This document shows positions 19,232 to 30,051 of a DNA stretch of 64,000 nt, in pieces. A program made the position numbers and the translations under genes. The notes below the pieces were generated by a model, which worked only from the letters and a program-made list of their open reading frames with translations, was not told the origin of the DNA and searched no databases. Origin of the DNA: a virus. Numbering within the stretch: position 1 is the stretch's first letter; the number at the start of each line of letters is the position of its first letter. The DNA is taken from IMG/VR virus record IMGVR_UViG_3300030107_002502, positions 2,817 through 66,816 of that record; one strand, given 5' to 3'.

Positions 19232-20314
19232 TCAAAAGTTACCATCTATTTCGGCATCAAAAGCTAAAACCATAGTATTTGCTCCTTGATGCACATCCAG
19301 TATATCACCAGAAGAATGACTACCACTTGCTCTTGTTAAAATAACATCGTTTAAATGTTCAGAACCAACAGTTGCTATAGTATCGCAATCAGCACCCCCT
19401 ATATCAGCATTAAATTCTGAAACTGTAGGAGTGGTTCTCATTTCTGGGTTATGATGAATAACAAATCTTGCTCGTGTTGTTGTATCTGCAAGGGCTGTTG
19501 CATGCATCCTTGTACTAGCACCAACATCCATTGATTTATGATAACGATAGCATTTTTGAAGGTTTTCCATAAATGAAATATGCTCAAAAGGTGTAGCCAC
19601 TTCGCCACATTCTAATTGTATTCCAGTTATATAGAAGTTATTAGAAGTATTATCCATACAATTAACTTGACCAACTGCTCTTTCATTAGCTGTTGTTCCC
19701 CATGTTGTACCTAAACTACTGCCACCAGCATAAGTAGAACCACTACCTAACCAAAATTGAAGTTGTAAAGCTGGTTCGTTGTCATCAGCAAAAGCACCAG
19801 TAGTATCCGCTGCAAAAGTGTGAGTTACATACTGCCATGTATCGGCTGAACTTATTGTATAAGCACCAGAAACGTGCCTAGTATTATTTTCATCATATAT
19901 TTGTACTGTGTGTGTTCCAGTTTTAGGTGAACGTACCCAAAATTGTAATGTTAATTTTTTAGCACTTGATGTTCCTTTTCGTATTCTTTGACAATTTTGA
20001 CCTTCAACCCTTTGTCTTAAAATATATAAATCACCAGCCGACATACTACCTTCAACTTGTGTCACATCAATCTTTAAACTGTTAAGAAATCCCTCTCCAG
20101 TAGGCACTTCAGTATCTTGGGTAACTGTAGCATGACCACCACCATACTGATAAAACTGCCATCTATCTAAAGCATATTTACCAGCATTACCAGTAATAGC
20201 CATCGATCCTCTCTGATAGACATCCATATTTCCATTAATTAATAGGTTGCGATTATTTAAAGCATCTTCACTATACGCTGCAGCTAAATCTGCAAAATCT
20301 CTACATCTACTCAT
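19232..20314 (-). CDS. Tail fibre/receptor-binding protein with carbohydrate-binding-like domain
   Basis: NRNLLINGNMDVYQRG...DRW...ITGIQLECGEVATPFEH...CYRY family pattern. Confidence 0.7.
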   Translation of the reverse strand: MSRCRDFADLAAAYSEDALNNRNLLINGNMDVYQRGSMAITGNAGKYALDRWQFYQYGGGHATVTQDTEVPTGEGFLNSLKIDVTQVEGSMSAGDLYILRQRVEGQNCQRIRKGTSSAKKLTLQFWVRSPKTGTHTVQIYDENNTRHVSGAYTISSADTWQYVTHTFAADTTGAFADDNEPALQLQFWLGSGSTYAGGSSLGTTWGTTANERAVGQVNCMDNTSNNFYITGIQLECGEVATPFEHISFMENLQKCYRYHKSMDVGASTRMHATALADTTTRARFVIHHNPEMRTTPTVSEFNADIGGADCDTIATVGSEHLNDVILTRASGSHSSGDILDVHQGANTMVLAFDAEIDGNF

Positions 20315-20928
20315 CTATCTATTCTCCTTCTTAATTCTTCATTCTCCTGAACTAATCTTGAACTTTCATTTAATAATGCTCCAACATCAATAAACTCGTA
20401 CCAACCTGTAGTAATATATTTATGTTCTGTTTTAGACACAATACCCCTATGTGTATGGGTAAAATCAGCAGGAAATATTGCAGAAAATCCTTTTGATGGT
20501 GTTAGTTTAAACTTTTGGTAATAAAATTCTGTACCACCTTCGTCATTTATATCATTTAAATATGTCATAAAAACTAAACTTCTATTATTGTTTGCTGAAC
20601 TTTGTCTTTCACAATGCCACTCTTTAAATCCTTCATTTGGTTTATAATGTTGAATATTCCAAGCCGAAAGTTTAATAGACGAACTGTAAAATTTATAAAT
20701 GTCACAATACGCATTAAAACCCTTCATCACATATTCTTGATACTTTTGAATAACAGGATTAGCGTTATCAGGATAAACTGTAACATCTGTAGATTTTTTT
20801 ACACTTTCATCAACTCCTGTTCCTGCTATTCCTTGTTTTTTATATTCCGTATTATTTTCATAATATTTTATTAAATCATCACAAAGAGATACGTCACCTA
20901 AATTAAATGTAAAAATAAAATTATCCAC
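20311..20928 (-). CDS. 2OG-Fe(II) oxygenase
   Basis: WHCE, FMTYLND, GGTEF, THRG and KYITTGW motifs; start moved to GTG 20928, overlapping the upstream stop. Confidence 0.85.
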   Translation of the reverse strand: MDNFIFTFNLGDVSLCDDLIKYYENNTEYKKQGIAGTGVDESVKKSTDVTVYPDNANPVIQKYQEYVMKGFNAYCDIYKFYSSSIKLSAWNIQHYKPNEGFKEWHCERQSSANNNRSLVFMTYLNDINDEGGTEFYYQKFKLTPSKGFSAIFPADFTHTHRGIVSKTEHKYITTGWYEFIDVGALLNESSRLVQENEELRRRIDR

Positions 20929-22936
20929 AATACAACGAACATGGAACTGTGTATGAACCATCCTCATAAGTATTTTGTTTAATATTTGTTAAAACTTTAC
21001 CTATTGTTTTTGTTCTAATAATATCATCATCTTGTTTTTTAGCTGTGCCATCGCCATTAGATGTTAGCAAATCTCCTTTAGCAACTGTCTGGTCTTTATG
21101 TACACGAACTTCAGCAGAACCTAAAGCATTTACATACATATCATTTACACAATCATCATCGTCATCCCAAGATTGAAATACTCCATAAACATTTGTACAT
21201 TCTGCTGTATCTGATATTTTACATTTAACGTGTTTATAATCCTCTTCTTTTTCTATTGTAGCTGTTACTGTTCCATACCTTTCAGAATTGTAAGTAAAAG
21301 TATCTCCATCTTTTTTACCATCAGGTAAAGATATGTATTCAACATGACTTTGTTTTATATCCCCCTCTTTAAATGTACCTTTTCTATCACCTAATTTTTT
21401 ACCAGATGGAATAATATCAGCCATCTTATAAACATCATCTGTTACATCATCTGCTGTATATTTAACCGACCATTTTGCTCTATACCAATCGCACATCTCA
21501 TCAAGTGTTTCCATTATAGTGCCTTGAAGAATTGCTGGTTTAGAATTATCCGTTAGCCTTGACCAGTGAGAACCTGTAAATGCGTTATAAGAAACTGTTG
21601 AAGCTGAAACAGAAATAGTTCCTTGAACAGAACCAGTACCTCGCATAATTTGAATAACATCACCATTTGAATTGTTACCAACTCTTTGTGCTTTTATAGC
21701 AATGGCATTTGCAGAAAAAACAGAATTTCCAGTTAAAGCCACACCTACTGTATCGGATGTTGAAGTGTGGTCTGCGGCTGTTAAAGCAAAATTATTAGTA
21801 GCAAAAACAGCACTCGCTGCTGAGTAGTCAGAACCACCATGCATCCTACAAACTTCTATTACTGATTGAGTTTCTCTTGCTGCTGCAAATTGTATTGAAG
21901 TTCCTGAATCATCACCTGCATTTGAATCAGAAGTATTTGCTAAACCTCTAATAAAGGCTTTTGTTTGACCATCAGCATCTGTAGCACCTGCATCAGCATT
22001 GGCAAGATTAACAAAACCAATATGCCCTAAAAAACCATTATCATCATTTGAAGAACCTGCAACTTGAATACAACCACCATTACTTCCTCTTACTACAATT
22101 CCTTCATCATTAGCTGGAGAACCTCCTAGTGATGCTAGGTTGTGTGTATCGCCTAAAGCCTGAATACCTACTGCAACAGCACCACCAGACATAATTCTCA
22201 TTTTTTCTGATGCAACTTCAGAATAACCAGTTTTAAAAACAAGTGATGTATTATTGGCTGATGCACTAAAGTCACCTTCAGAAACTGCTTCTATTGCAGC
22301 AGATACTAATTGTGCATCCGCACCTGCTCCCTCGTCTGGTGCTTGGAAAAAGATAGAACCAAGAACATCATCAACAGCAATGTCATTATCCCCTGCCTGA
22401 AATGTAAGTGATGGTTCTTTACCATCGCCTGTTCCAACGTGTTTTAAAACCAATCCATCGTCAGCACTATGCGTTAAAGTTATTTCTTGGTCATTACCAA
22501 ATAATATTTGACCACCATCAGCTAAGTATAAATCTGACCATTCTAAAGATGCAGAACCTAACGCTACTCCATCAGCACTTGATGGTGTTAATGCAGTAGA
22601 TACTCCTGCACTAAATCCTACAGCACCACCAAATACCCCTCCATCTGTTTTACTTACAGCATCACTTACACTAAACACATCATACACAATCACTTCAAGT
22701 ATATCGCTTGTGCTTAATGCTGATAAACTTCCTATAGTGTTAGCAGTTGTTGTAACATAATCTGTGTCAGGCTTGAGCAACACACCATTAAGGTACACAT
22801 CTACGTATGCACCATCTGTAAATGTTAGAGTTGCACCATTATCATCTGCTCCACTCTTAGATGTTTCATCACCTGTAGCAGTATAAATGAATCGGTTGCG
22901 TACTCCGAAATGTGGGGATTTTCCTATGTAGGGCAT
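20921..22936 (-). CDS. Tail fibre with a probable C-terminal autocleaving chaperone (peptidase G2-like)
   Basis: MPYIGKSP and VDVYLNGVLL N-terminus; YNAFTGSH junction; GDLLTSNGDGTAKKQDDDIIRTKTIGKV C-terminal domain. Confidence 0.7.
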   Translation of the reverse strand: MPYIGKSPHFGVRNRFIYTATGDETSKSGADDNGATLTFTDGAYVDVYLNGVLLKPDTDYVTTTANTIGSLSALSTSDILEVIVYDVFSVSDAVSKTDGGVFGGAVGFSAGVSTALTPSSADGVALGSASLEWSDLYLADGGQILFGNDQEITLTHSADDGLVLKHVGTGDGKEPSLTFQAGDNDIAVDDVLGSIFFQAPDEGAGADAQLVSAAIEAVSEGDFSASANNTSLVFKTGYSEVASEKMRIMSGGAVAVGIQALGDTHNLASLGGSPANDEGIVVRGSNGGCIQVAGSSNDDNGFLGHIGFVNLANADAGATDADGQTKAFIRGLANTSDSNAGDDSGTSIQFAAARETQSVIEVCRMHGGSDYSAASAVFATNNFALTAADHTSTSDTVGVALTGNSVFSANAIAIKAQRVGNNSNGDVIQIMRGTGSVQGTISVSASTVSYNAFTGSHWSRLTDNSKPAILQGTIMETLDEMCDWYRAKWSVKYTADDVTDDVYKMADIIPSGKKLGDRKGTFKEGDIKQSHVEYISLPDGKKDGDTFTYNSERYGTVTATIEKEEDYKHVKCKISDTAECTNVYGVFQSWDDDDDCVNDMYVNALGSAEVRVHKDQTVAKGDLLTSNGDGTAKKQDDDIIRTKTIGKVLTNIKQNTYEDGSYTVPCSLYCG

Positions 22937-24405
22937 TATGCATCCTCCAATGTCTTAACTTTAGCTTCCAATGTTTCTATTCTGGTCATGGCTTCTTGAA
23001 GTGCTTTTGTTAAAATTGGTATTAGTGTTCCTTGCTTTATGTGTTTTCGCATAACTGGTTCTTTTTTGCTTTTACCATCTTCATCTTTTTCAAAATCTTC
23101 TGGATTGCCACCAATGATGTTAGACTCATTAACTAAACTTGGGAAAACTGTTTCAAATTCTTGAGCAATAAAACCTAATAATTTTTTATCTTTTTTATTT
23201 GGGTGATAATCTTCATTCCAATAAAAGTTTCGAACTTTTAGTTTCTTAACATCTTCCCATTTATCTGTGGCATCTGTAATTGTATGCTTTAATCTTTCGT
23301 CAGAAGAAAGAACACCATCATCGGAAGTGGTAATATCACCATCACTTGTAACCTTCATTCTTATTGTTGAACCATCACCATCTGCACATTGTATGAACTG
23401 ATTGTTACTTGTATCTGGTGTTGCTCCAGAATAATTTATATATATACCCCAAGGACTTGAGCCATGAGAATTTTCAAAGACATTAGTCCAAGAATTATAG
23501 TTGGATTCAATTTCATGGTATTGTCCAGTAGCAGCAATCGCTGGTGCTGAATGATTAGAAAATTTCCAGTAATTATGATAGCTTATTATTGCATTTGTAG
23601 ATTCACTCCCACCACCAATATTTCTTTTAAATCTGGTCTGCCCATTCTCTCCATTGTTTTCAATTCTAAATGTTTGAGAAGCATTAGAACCATTTGCTCC
23701 TGTCATAGTTAAAGTAGAACCACCATCTGCAACAGTTGTATTTCTTCCTATTTGAAGTTCACCACTTGCAGTTATTCTTGCTCTTTCAATGGTCGTTCCA
23801 CCATCTCGTGTAGTCCAAACAATCTGACCATGTGCTGATGTTCCATCTGCTCTATTAGCTAAATGTGTAGCAACACCATCATCACCAGCAACTATTGAAT
23901 AAACTGTTTCTGAAGATTTAATAACTCTTAAACCCAATGAACCAGTTAAATCCATTTCAGAGTTTGCACCACCCATACTTACTTTGTCTGTGCCACCTAA
24001 TTTGAAATGTATGACATCATCGGTATCGGCTGTAATACTAGTATCGGCATCAGCATCTAGTATTAATTCTTGCCCATTAATGTCTACAGTTCCTGTAAAC
24101 GTACCACTTGTTGCTGTCAAAGGCTGTGCTGCAGGGTGTGTTACTGTACTTGCAGGAGCATTGTGATGCAACACGTAGATATTATTACCACTAGAACTGA
24201 CAGGTGCAGCCGTAAAGGTTAATGTCGTACCACTAACAGCATACGCTATTGTAGGTTCTTGCCTAACATTCTCTACAAAGACTGCAACTCCATTGGTTGT
24301 CGCAGCTTTAGACAACGTAAAAGCTACTGTGCTTCCATCTCCACTAAACAGGTCTTTAGTGACTGAAGCAAAGTTAAATGTCGGTTCGTTACCTACATAA
24401 GGCAT
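22936..24405 (-). CDS. Tail fibre with peptidase S74 intramolecular chaperone
   Basis: SSDERLK...GFIAQE...LTKALQE and terminal coiled coil. Confidence 0.8.
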   Translation of the reverse strand: MPYVGNEPTFNFASVTKDLFSGDGSTVAFTLSKAATTNGVAVFVENVRQEPTIAYAVSGTTLTFTAAPVSSSGNNIYVLHHNAPASTVTHPAAQPLTATSGTFTGTVDINGQELILDADADTSITADTDDVIHFKLGGTDKVSMGGANSEMDLTGSLGLRVIKSSETVYSIVAGDDGVATHLANRADGTSAHGQIVWTTRDGGTTIERARITASGELQIGRNTTVADGGSTLTMTGANGSNASQTFRIENNGENGQTRFKRNIGGGSESTNAIISYHNYWKFSNHSAPAIAATGQYHEIESNYNSWTNVFENSHGSSPWGIYINYSGATPDTSNNQFIQCADGDGSTIRMKVTSDGDITTSDDGVLSSDERLKHTITDATDKWEDVKKLKVRNFYWNEDYHPNKKDKKLLGFIAQEFETVFPSLVNESNIIGGNPEDFEKDEDGKSKKEPVMRKHIKQGTLIPILTKALQEAMTRIETLEAKVKTLEDA

Positions 24406-24770
24406 TAGGTCATCTCCATAATACTTAAAGTACCACTTAGTTTATCTGCTACAGAACAGTCTATTGTTATTTGATCTGTTGTTTCTAACACTACTTTATT
24501 TCCAGCCATCAACTCCAATGACGACCCAACAGGAATCGGTGCGTCTTTTATAATTATACTTGTTCCATTTGTTACGTTATTTGAACCACCTCTACTGCCT
24601 GTATCACTCACTAATCTTACAGTAGCTGTAACTTGTGAGGTGTGTATGTTAGATAAAACTAAACCAAGAACAACTGTAGTTGTACTACCTGCTACAGTAT
24701 ACACAACATAGGGCGTACCTGAAGATGCGGGTTCAGCCGCAAAAGTTACTACTTTAAATGTGTTTGCCAT
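24405..24770 (-). CDS. Small virion beta-protein (fibre adaptor-like)
   Basis: 121 aa; paralog of 12331-12660. Confidence 0.6.
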   Translation of the reverse strand: MANTFKVVTFAAEPASSGTPYVVYTVAGSTTTVVLGLVLSNIHTSQVTATVRLVSDTGSRGGSNNVTNGTSIIIKDAPIPVGSSLELMAGNKVVLETTDQITIDCSVADKLSGTLSIMEMT

Positions 24771-24784
24771 CTATTTCTCCTATA

Positions 24785-27763
24785 TTAGCCCAACGCAATG
24801 GCGAGGGCCGTAGCCTCGTTAGCGATTACTGTGTTTAATGCCGTTCCATCAACGGTTATGGCATCTGCTTCAAGAGTTCCATCTATATCAGCGTTTCCTG
24901 ATATATCAAGTGTCGTTGCGTCAAGCTCACCTGCCACAGTAACAACACCATCAGCTAATGTAATTAAATCAGTATCATCTGTATGACCGATTGTTGTTCC
25001 GTTTATAAGAACGTCATCAATGTCTAACGAACCACCAGAAATTAATCCAGTTGTAGTAATAGCGGAAGAACCTGTATCAATAGTTCCAAATCCAGATGTA
25101 ATCGAACCAGAGTTTAAAGCCCCTGTAGTGACTATGTTACTGCCACCAACATTATGTGATGAAAAATAAGTTGATACGGTATCTACGTTGGTCATACGCA
25201 TTGTACCACCATCGTTTATTAATATCCCATCTCCAGAAGCAACAGCCGTTGTTCCTCTTGCTGTACCCCCATCAATAAGGTTGATTTCTGCTGCAGTTGA
25301 TGTGACATTTGTCCCACCTATATCTAATGTCGTTACCGATATTTCACCAGCTATAGTTAAAAGACCATCAGCTACAGTCATCAAATCCGTATCGTCTGTA
25401 TGTCCTATGGTAGTTCCATTTATAAGAACGTCATCAATATCAAGAGAACCACCAGATATTAAACCTGTAGTTGTTAAATTTTCATTACCAAAATCAATCG
25501 TCCCACTAGAGTCTGTAATACTGCCATTAGCTAAAGTAAGATTACCTATGGTAGAACCTGTAGCTGCAGTTATAGTTCCAGTAAATGTAGAATTATCATC
25601 AGCAGTTATTGCCCCTACACGAATACTAGCGTAATCATCTATATCTATATTACCTGTAGTTGTACCATCTTCATCATTTGTATTAGCAAACACAAATATA
25701 TCTGCTGATTCATCCCATAAAATTGCACGATTGGCTATATTACTAGAAGAACCATTACCTCGAGTAAATATAATACCTAGATCATTAGCAGGAGATGCTG
25801 TAGTTCCTTGTGCTAATTTAATTAATGGGTCTGTAACTACTAAATTTGTAGTATCAATAGTCGTAGTTGTTCCGCTAACAGTTAAATTACCACTAACTGT
25901 TAAGTTATCTGTAATAGCTACATTACCATCCGTTACTTCAAGAGCATTTGCACCGTCAGTACCTATAATTACTAGTTTTTCATCAGATGCATCCCACAAC
26001 ATATGGTCGCCACTAGTAGCAGAATAAAAATAAACATCTTCTCCTGACCCTGCACTACCAAAAGATATTTCACTACCATCTGAAGTAATAGAATCAAGGG
26101 CAATATTACCTACATTTGTAATATTAGCGTCATTAAAGGATGTAGCACCAAAAGTATTAGAAGCCGCAGTAGATGTTATTCCTGCTGCTGCCGTTATACC
26201 GCCACCATCTGCAATAGTAATAGCGTTATCACCATCTGTATAACCAATATTAGCTGTTTGTACTTCTCCTGAAACTAAAGCGTTACCGCTAATGTCAACA
26301 GCTCCATTTATATCTATAGTGGTAGCATTAATCTCTATCTCTGTATCAGATACAAAATCCAGTACACCATCTGCTGATTGATGAATATAAGTACCAGAAT
26401 CGCCAAATTGTAATTGATCTGTACTGGAAAGTAATAATCCCGTATCGGCTACATGAGTAAGAGTTACATCTTGGTCGTCTCCAAAATTAATTACTGCTCC
26501 ATCAGCTAGGAATAAATCTGAAAACTGTAATGAAGATGTACCTAAATAAGCACCATCCGAAGCATCGGGAGCAAAACCTGTTGTAGCTGTTATAATAGTA
26601 CCTTGTACTGTACTTGCTCCAGTGATGGCCCCGCTTACTTCTAAAGCTCCATTCATATCTATGGTAGTAGCGTTAATCTCTATCTCTGTATCAGATACTA
26701 AATCCAGTACACCATCAGCAGATTGGTGTATATATGTGCCACTATCGCCAAACTGTAATTGATCTGTACTGGAGAGCAATAACCCTGTATCAGCTACATG
26801 AGTAAGAGATACATCTTGGTCATCTCCAAAATTAATTACTGCTCCATCAGCTAAAAATAAGTCTGAAAACTCTAATGAAGATGTACCTAATGCTGCCCCA
26901 TCTGAAGCATCTGGAACAAAGGCTGTAGTTGCTGTTATAGTAGTGCCTTGTATAGTACTTGCTCCAGTGATAGCACCACTTACTTCTACTGCCCCATTCA
27001 TATCTATGGTGGTAGCATTAATCTCTATCTCTGTATCAGATACAAAATCCAGTACACCATCAGCGGATTGATGGATATAAGTACCAGAATCACCAAATTG
27101 TAGTTGATCTGTACTGGAGAGTAATAATCCCGTATCGGCTACATGAGTTAATGTTACATCCTGGTCATCCCCAAAATTAATTACCGCCCCGTCAGCTAAG
27201 AATAAATCTGAAAATTCTAACGCAGATGTACCTAATGTAGCTCCATCCGAAGCATCTGGGACAAAAGCTGTATCAGCTGTTACGGTACTTCCGGATATGG
27301 TTGCAGTACCTGTAACTGTTAAATTACCACCAATGCCAAAGTTACCTGCTACATAGTTAAGACTTTCAACAACATTGGTGCCATCACAATATACAAACCC
27401 TGTTGACCCATTGGTTATAGCGATACCAGTTCCTGATGATGTTTTAATAGTTACTGTTTGTCCAGTAGCATTTTTTACAATATATACTTTAGTAGCGGCA
27501 GGACATATAAGAGTAGCTGCACCACTTAAATCAGTTGTTGTATCTGTAAGGTTTAATATAGCTGCCCTAGCTTCAGCGGTTGTGCCGTTTGCTGTTGAAA
27601 GGGTAGCAGAGTTACCGCTCCAAGTATTAATAGTTTTAGACCCTGCAATGGCTTCTTCAATCATTTTAGTTATATTATCATTAACAGTAGTACCCCAAGT
27701 ACCACTTAATTCTCCTTGTGTAGGAAGTGCTAATTTTAATATATCAGTATAGCTAGTAGCCAT
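24785..27763 (-). CDS. Long tail fibre with internal repeats
   Basis: 992 aa, T/G/D/S-rich; GELSGTWG N-terminus, ALAIALG C-terminus; three 115-aa repeats. Confidence 0.8.
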   Translation of the reverse strand: MATSYTDILKLALPTQGELSGTWGTTVNDNITKMIEEAIAGSKTINTWSGNSATLSTANGTTAEARAAILNLTDTTTDLSGAATLICPAATKVYIVKNATGQTVTIKTSSGTGIAITNGSTGFVYCDGTNVVESLNYVAGNFGIGGNLTVTGTATISGSTVTADTAFVPDASDGATLGTSALEFSDLFLADGAVINFGDDQDVTLTHVADTGLLLSSTDQLQFGDSGTYIHQSADGVLDFVSDTEIEINATTIDMNGAVEVSGAITGASTIQGTTITATTAFVPDASDGAALGTSSLEFSDLFLADGAVINFGDDQDVSLTHVADTGLLLSSTDQLQFGDSGTYIHQSADGVLDLVSDTEIEINATTIDMNGALEVSGAITGASTVQGTIITATTGFAPDASDGAYLGTSSLQFSDLFLADGAVINFGDDQDVTLTHVADTGLLLSSTDQLQFGDSGTYIHQSADGVLDFVSDTEIEINATTIDINGAVDISGNALVSGEVQTANIGYTDGDNAITIADGGGITAAAGITSTAASNTFGATSFNDANITNVGNIALDSITSDGSEISFGSAGSGEDVYFYSATSGDHMLWDASDEKLVIIGTDGANALEVTDGNVAITDNLTVSGNLTVSGTTTTIDTTNLVVTDPLIKLAQGTTASPANDLGIIFTRGNGSSSNIANRAILWDESADIFVFANTNDEDGTTTGNIDIDDYASIRVGAITADDNSTFTGTITAATGSTIGNLTLANGSITDSSGTIDFGNENLTTTGLISGGSLDIDDVLINGTTIGHTDDTDLMTVADGLLTIAGEISVTTLDIGGTNVTSTAAEINLIDGGTARGTTAVASGDGILINDGGTMRMTNVDTVSTYFSSHNVGGSNIVTTGALNSGSITSGFGTIDTGSSAITTTGLISGGSLDIDDVLINGTTIGHTDDTDLITLADGVVTVAGELDATTLDISGNADIDGTLEADAITVDGTALNTVIANEATALAIALG
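26300..27280. repeat. Three tandem 345-bp (115-aa) repeats
   Basis: ATCTCTATCTCTGTATCAGATAC at 26331, 26676 and 27021; outer boundaries approximate. Confidence 0.9.
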
Positions 27764-27803
27764 TTAAAATCTCCTTAAAATACTAATACACCATAATACA
27801 TTA

Positions 27804-28235
27804 TTATACAATACGGATTATAGCATTATCAGCGTCCGCTGTAGGAAATGTTATAGTAAAATTTCCTGAAGTAGACTCTTTATTTTCTCCAAAATCAAGC
27901 ACTGCAATAGCAGGATTTGTACCTCCAGATTTATAAATTAAAGCCCCTCTAGCTGTTATAGAAGAAGAACTCCAGGTTACATCTGAAAAATCTAAATAAG
28001 CTGTAGTACTAGACGAAGTGGGGTTAGTTGCAATAGTTAAAGTACTGCCCCCAGCTGTATAACCTGTACCAGACGCTTCATTTGTTGTTGAATAAACTGT
28101 AGTAGAAGCACTTAAATCTGCACTAGAAGTATATAATGCTACTTTAAATGTCTGGGAAGTATCACTACTAAAATCCATTTCCCCATTTAAAAGGGCTACT
28201 TTAAACGATGTACACATAGCTTGTGCTATAGCCAT
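27804..28235 (-). CDS. Virion structural protein
   Basis: 143 aa; MCTSFK...FKVALYT...ITARGALIY...VLDFG pattern. Confidence 0.65.
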   Translation of the reverse strand: MAIAQAMCTSFKVALLNGEMDFSSDTSQTFKVALYTSSADLSASTTVYSTTNEASGTGYTAGGSTLTIATNPTSSSTTAYLDFSDVTWSSSSITARGALIYKSGGTNPAIAVLDFGENKESTSGNFTITFPTADADNAIIRIV

Positions 28236-28243
28236 ATAAACTC

Positions 28244-28888
28244 CTAACTAACCGGATTCCTAGGTTGTCCAGAACGATACATATCCTGACGTAATTTCCC
28301 ATCTGAAGTATTTTTTAACAACGTTATAGATTGTAAATAATGTTTTTCATAAAGAGCAACCATATCTGCTTCCCCTTTCATAAACCTTATTGCTTCAACT
28401 AAAGCACCATTTAACAACGCTGTGTCAAAATTATCTCCTAAATATGTACCACCTGCAGTAACTATTGATGTAGGATACTTAGCATATATATGCTCTATTT
28501 CGTAATTTTGATCTGGTGTTGGTGCTAACATTAATTTTATCTTTGATCCTGAAGTGCTATGATAAGCATAAAATTTAGGTACCCCATACTTTGCACTCGT
28601 ATTTACAGGATAGGCATCCCTTAAAAAATTTACATCTTTATTTAAAACATAACTTGTAGTGCTACTACTAATTATAGCTAGGCTATAAGTATATAAATAA
28701 TCATCAGGTGTTGTATATAGCTTATTAGTAGCTGTTAAAGGACCACTATCTACATTACGCATTGCTGCTAACTCTACGGTATTATATATTTTCTGTTCTG
28801 CTTGTTGGGCAAACATAGCATACTGGTCATCTGTGAAGGTATTTTCACAGATATCAGCTATATTAGTTTTTAAAGAATTATAGTTCAT
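28244..28888 (-). CDS. Head-tail connector/adaptor-like protein
   Basis: 214 aa; PKFYA...APTPDQNY...LLNGALVEA pattern. Confidence 0.6.
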   Translation of the reverse strand: MNYNSLKTNIADICENTFTDDQYAMFAQQAEQKIYNTVELAAMRNVDSGPLTATNKLYTTPDDYLYTYSLAIISSSTTSYVLNKDVNFLRDAYPVNTSAKYGVPKFYAYHSTSGSKIKLMLAPTPDQNYEIEHIYAKYPTSIVTAGGTYLGDNFDTALLNGALVEAIRFMKGEADMVALYEKHYLQSITLLKNTSDGKLRQDMYRSGQPRNPVS

Positions 28889-28998
28889 TTCTTTTTCTTC
28901 TTATAAGATACTTTTTTACCTTTTTTCTTAGCTGCAGCTTTTGCCATAGCCATACCTTTAGGTGTATAAGGATAATGTTTCTTTCCTACTTTTGGCAT
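28885..28998 (-). CDS. Small Lys-rich protein (37 aa, not in ORF track)
   Basis: AGGAG RBS, MPKVGKKHYPYTPKGMAMAKAAAKKKGKKVSYKKKKK, ATGA overlap with next gene. Confidence 0.6.
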   Translation of the reverse strand: MPKVGKKHYPYTPKGMAMAKAAAKKKGKKVSYKKKKK

Positions 28999-29007
28999 AT
29001 TTTTCTC

Positions 29008-29361
29008 CTACGTAGTTGTTATCGTTACAGACCCTAAAGTTCCAGTAGCTACTAAATCATTAGGTGTTAAATCATAATGGTTTTGTCCAAGTCCTACAGG
29101 ACTCCAACCATACTGTGTATTTCTACTGCTTGTTAATTCAGCAAAATCAGGTCTGGGGTTTTGTATAGCCTGTGGATCGTGAACAGGATATTTACCAAGT
29201 TCATTCTGTGGATGATCTTCTTCCCAACATTCAGGACAAGCCTTTATATTTGTATCTCTTCCTCTTTCTATTAAACTTCTTAACTCACGTAATTTATACT
29301 GAAACCCGCATACATCACATATAGCTAATGCTCTTTTACTTGAAGCAAACCGAGCTACCAT
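29008..29361 (-). CDS. Hypothetical protein with CxxC...CxxC motif
   Basis: CDVCG and CPECW. Confidence 0.7.
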   Translation of the reverse strand: MVARFASSKRALAICDVCGFQYKLRELRSLIERGRDTNIKACPECWEEDHPQNELGKYPVHDPQAIQNPRPDFAELTSSRNTQYGWSPVGLGQNHYDLTPNDLVATGTLGSVTITTT

Positions 29362-29362
29362 A

Positions 29363-30043
29363 TTAGATTCTACCTACTCTTGGAACAAAATGTTCTGATG
29401 TTTTTTCTCTGTCTTCCCCAGCAGCTAAAGCGTATTGTTCATCGTAAGCGGCTTTTAACATCTCAATTCTAGGAGCCAAATCAGGTACTTTCATAGCAAT
29501 ATGATACGCTAACCCTGCTACAAGGGCAGGTAAAAACCTAAAACTCATGTCTGCAGTTTCTACTCCACTGCCTGCGTCTTCTACTCTTCGCATTCTCCAA
29601 TACACAAACGTATAACTTGTATCAGGAACAGGCCAAAGATTTATTCTTGGAGTAGCCAATCTTTCCACCCATACCTGTATGGGTCTTCCTGTTGATAACT
29701 TGTTAGGGATTGATGCGTAGGTACTCACACCTATACGACTTATGGTAAGATCAGACTGTGTGGAAGTATTACCAGCATTGGTTCGTATTACTTGGTCAAG
29801 TAAATCTATTGTATCGGCAGGTAAACTATATTGGGCTGTATCAGCAGTAACAGATATAGTACCACTATCAATCGTCCACATATTAATTCCACGATTTTGC
29901 CATTCAATGGTCATTAAATTCATTGACCTTCGGGCAGTCGCCAAATCATAACCAGAACGCATCTCACTGCCAGCTCGTTCCCAAGCTTCTTCAGCTATTT
30001 CCGTAAACTCTAGGTCAAACGCTGTGGTTCCTGAAGTAGCCAT
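29363..30043 (-). CDS. Head-tail adaptor / tail tubular protein A-like
   Basis: 226 aa; EEAWERAG...ARRSMNL...LWPVPD pattern; position after the capsid genes. Confidence 0.65.
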   Translation of the reverse strand: MATSGTTAFDLEFTEIAEEAWERAGSEMRSGYDLATARRSMNLMTIEWQNRGINMWTIDSGTISVTADTAQYSLPADTIDLLDQVIRTNAGNTSTQSDLTISRIGVSTYASIPNKLSTGRPIQVWVERLATPRINLWPVPDTSYTFVYWRMRRVEDAGSGVETADMSFRFLPALVAGLAYHIAMKVPDLAPRIEMLKAAYDEQYALAAGEDREKTSEHFVPRVGRI

Positions 30044-30051
30044 GTTAAACC

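Noticed and set aside
26300-27280. Fibre repeats as a diversity-generating retroelement template/variable pair
   Set aside because: They are in-frame tandem repeats with mainly synonymous differences, and no reverse transcriptase was seen
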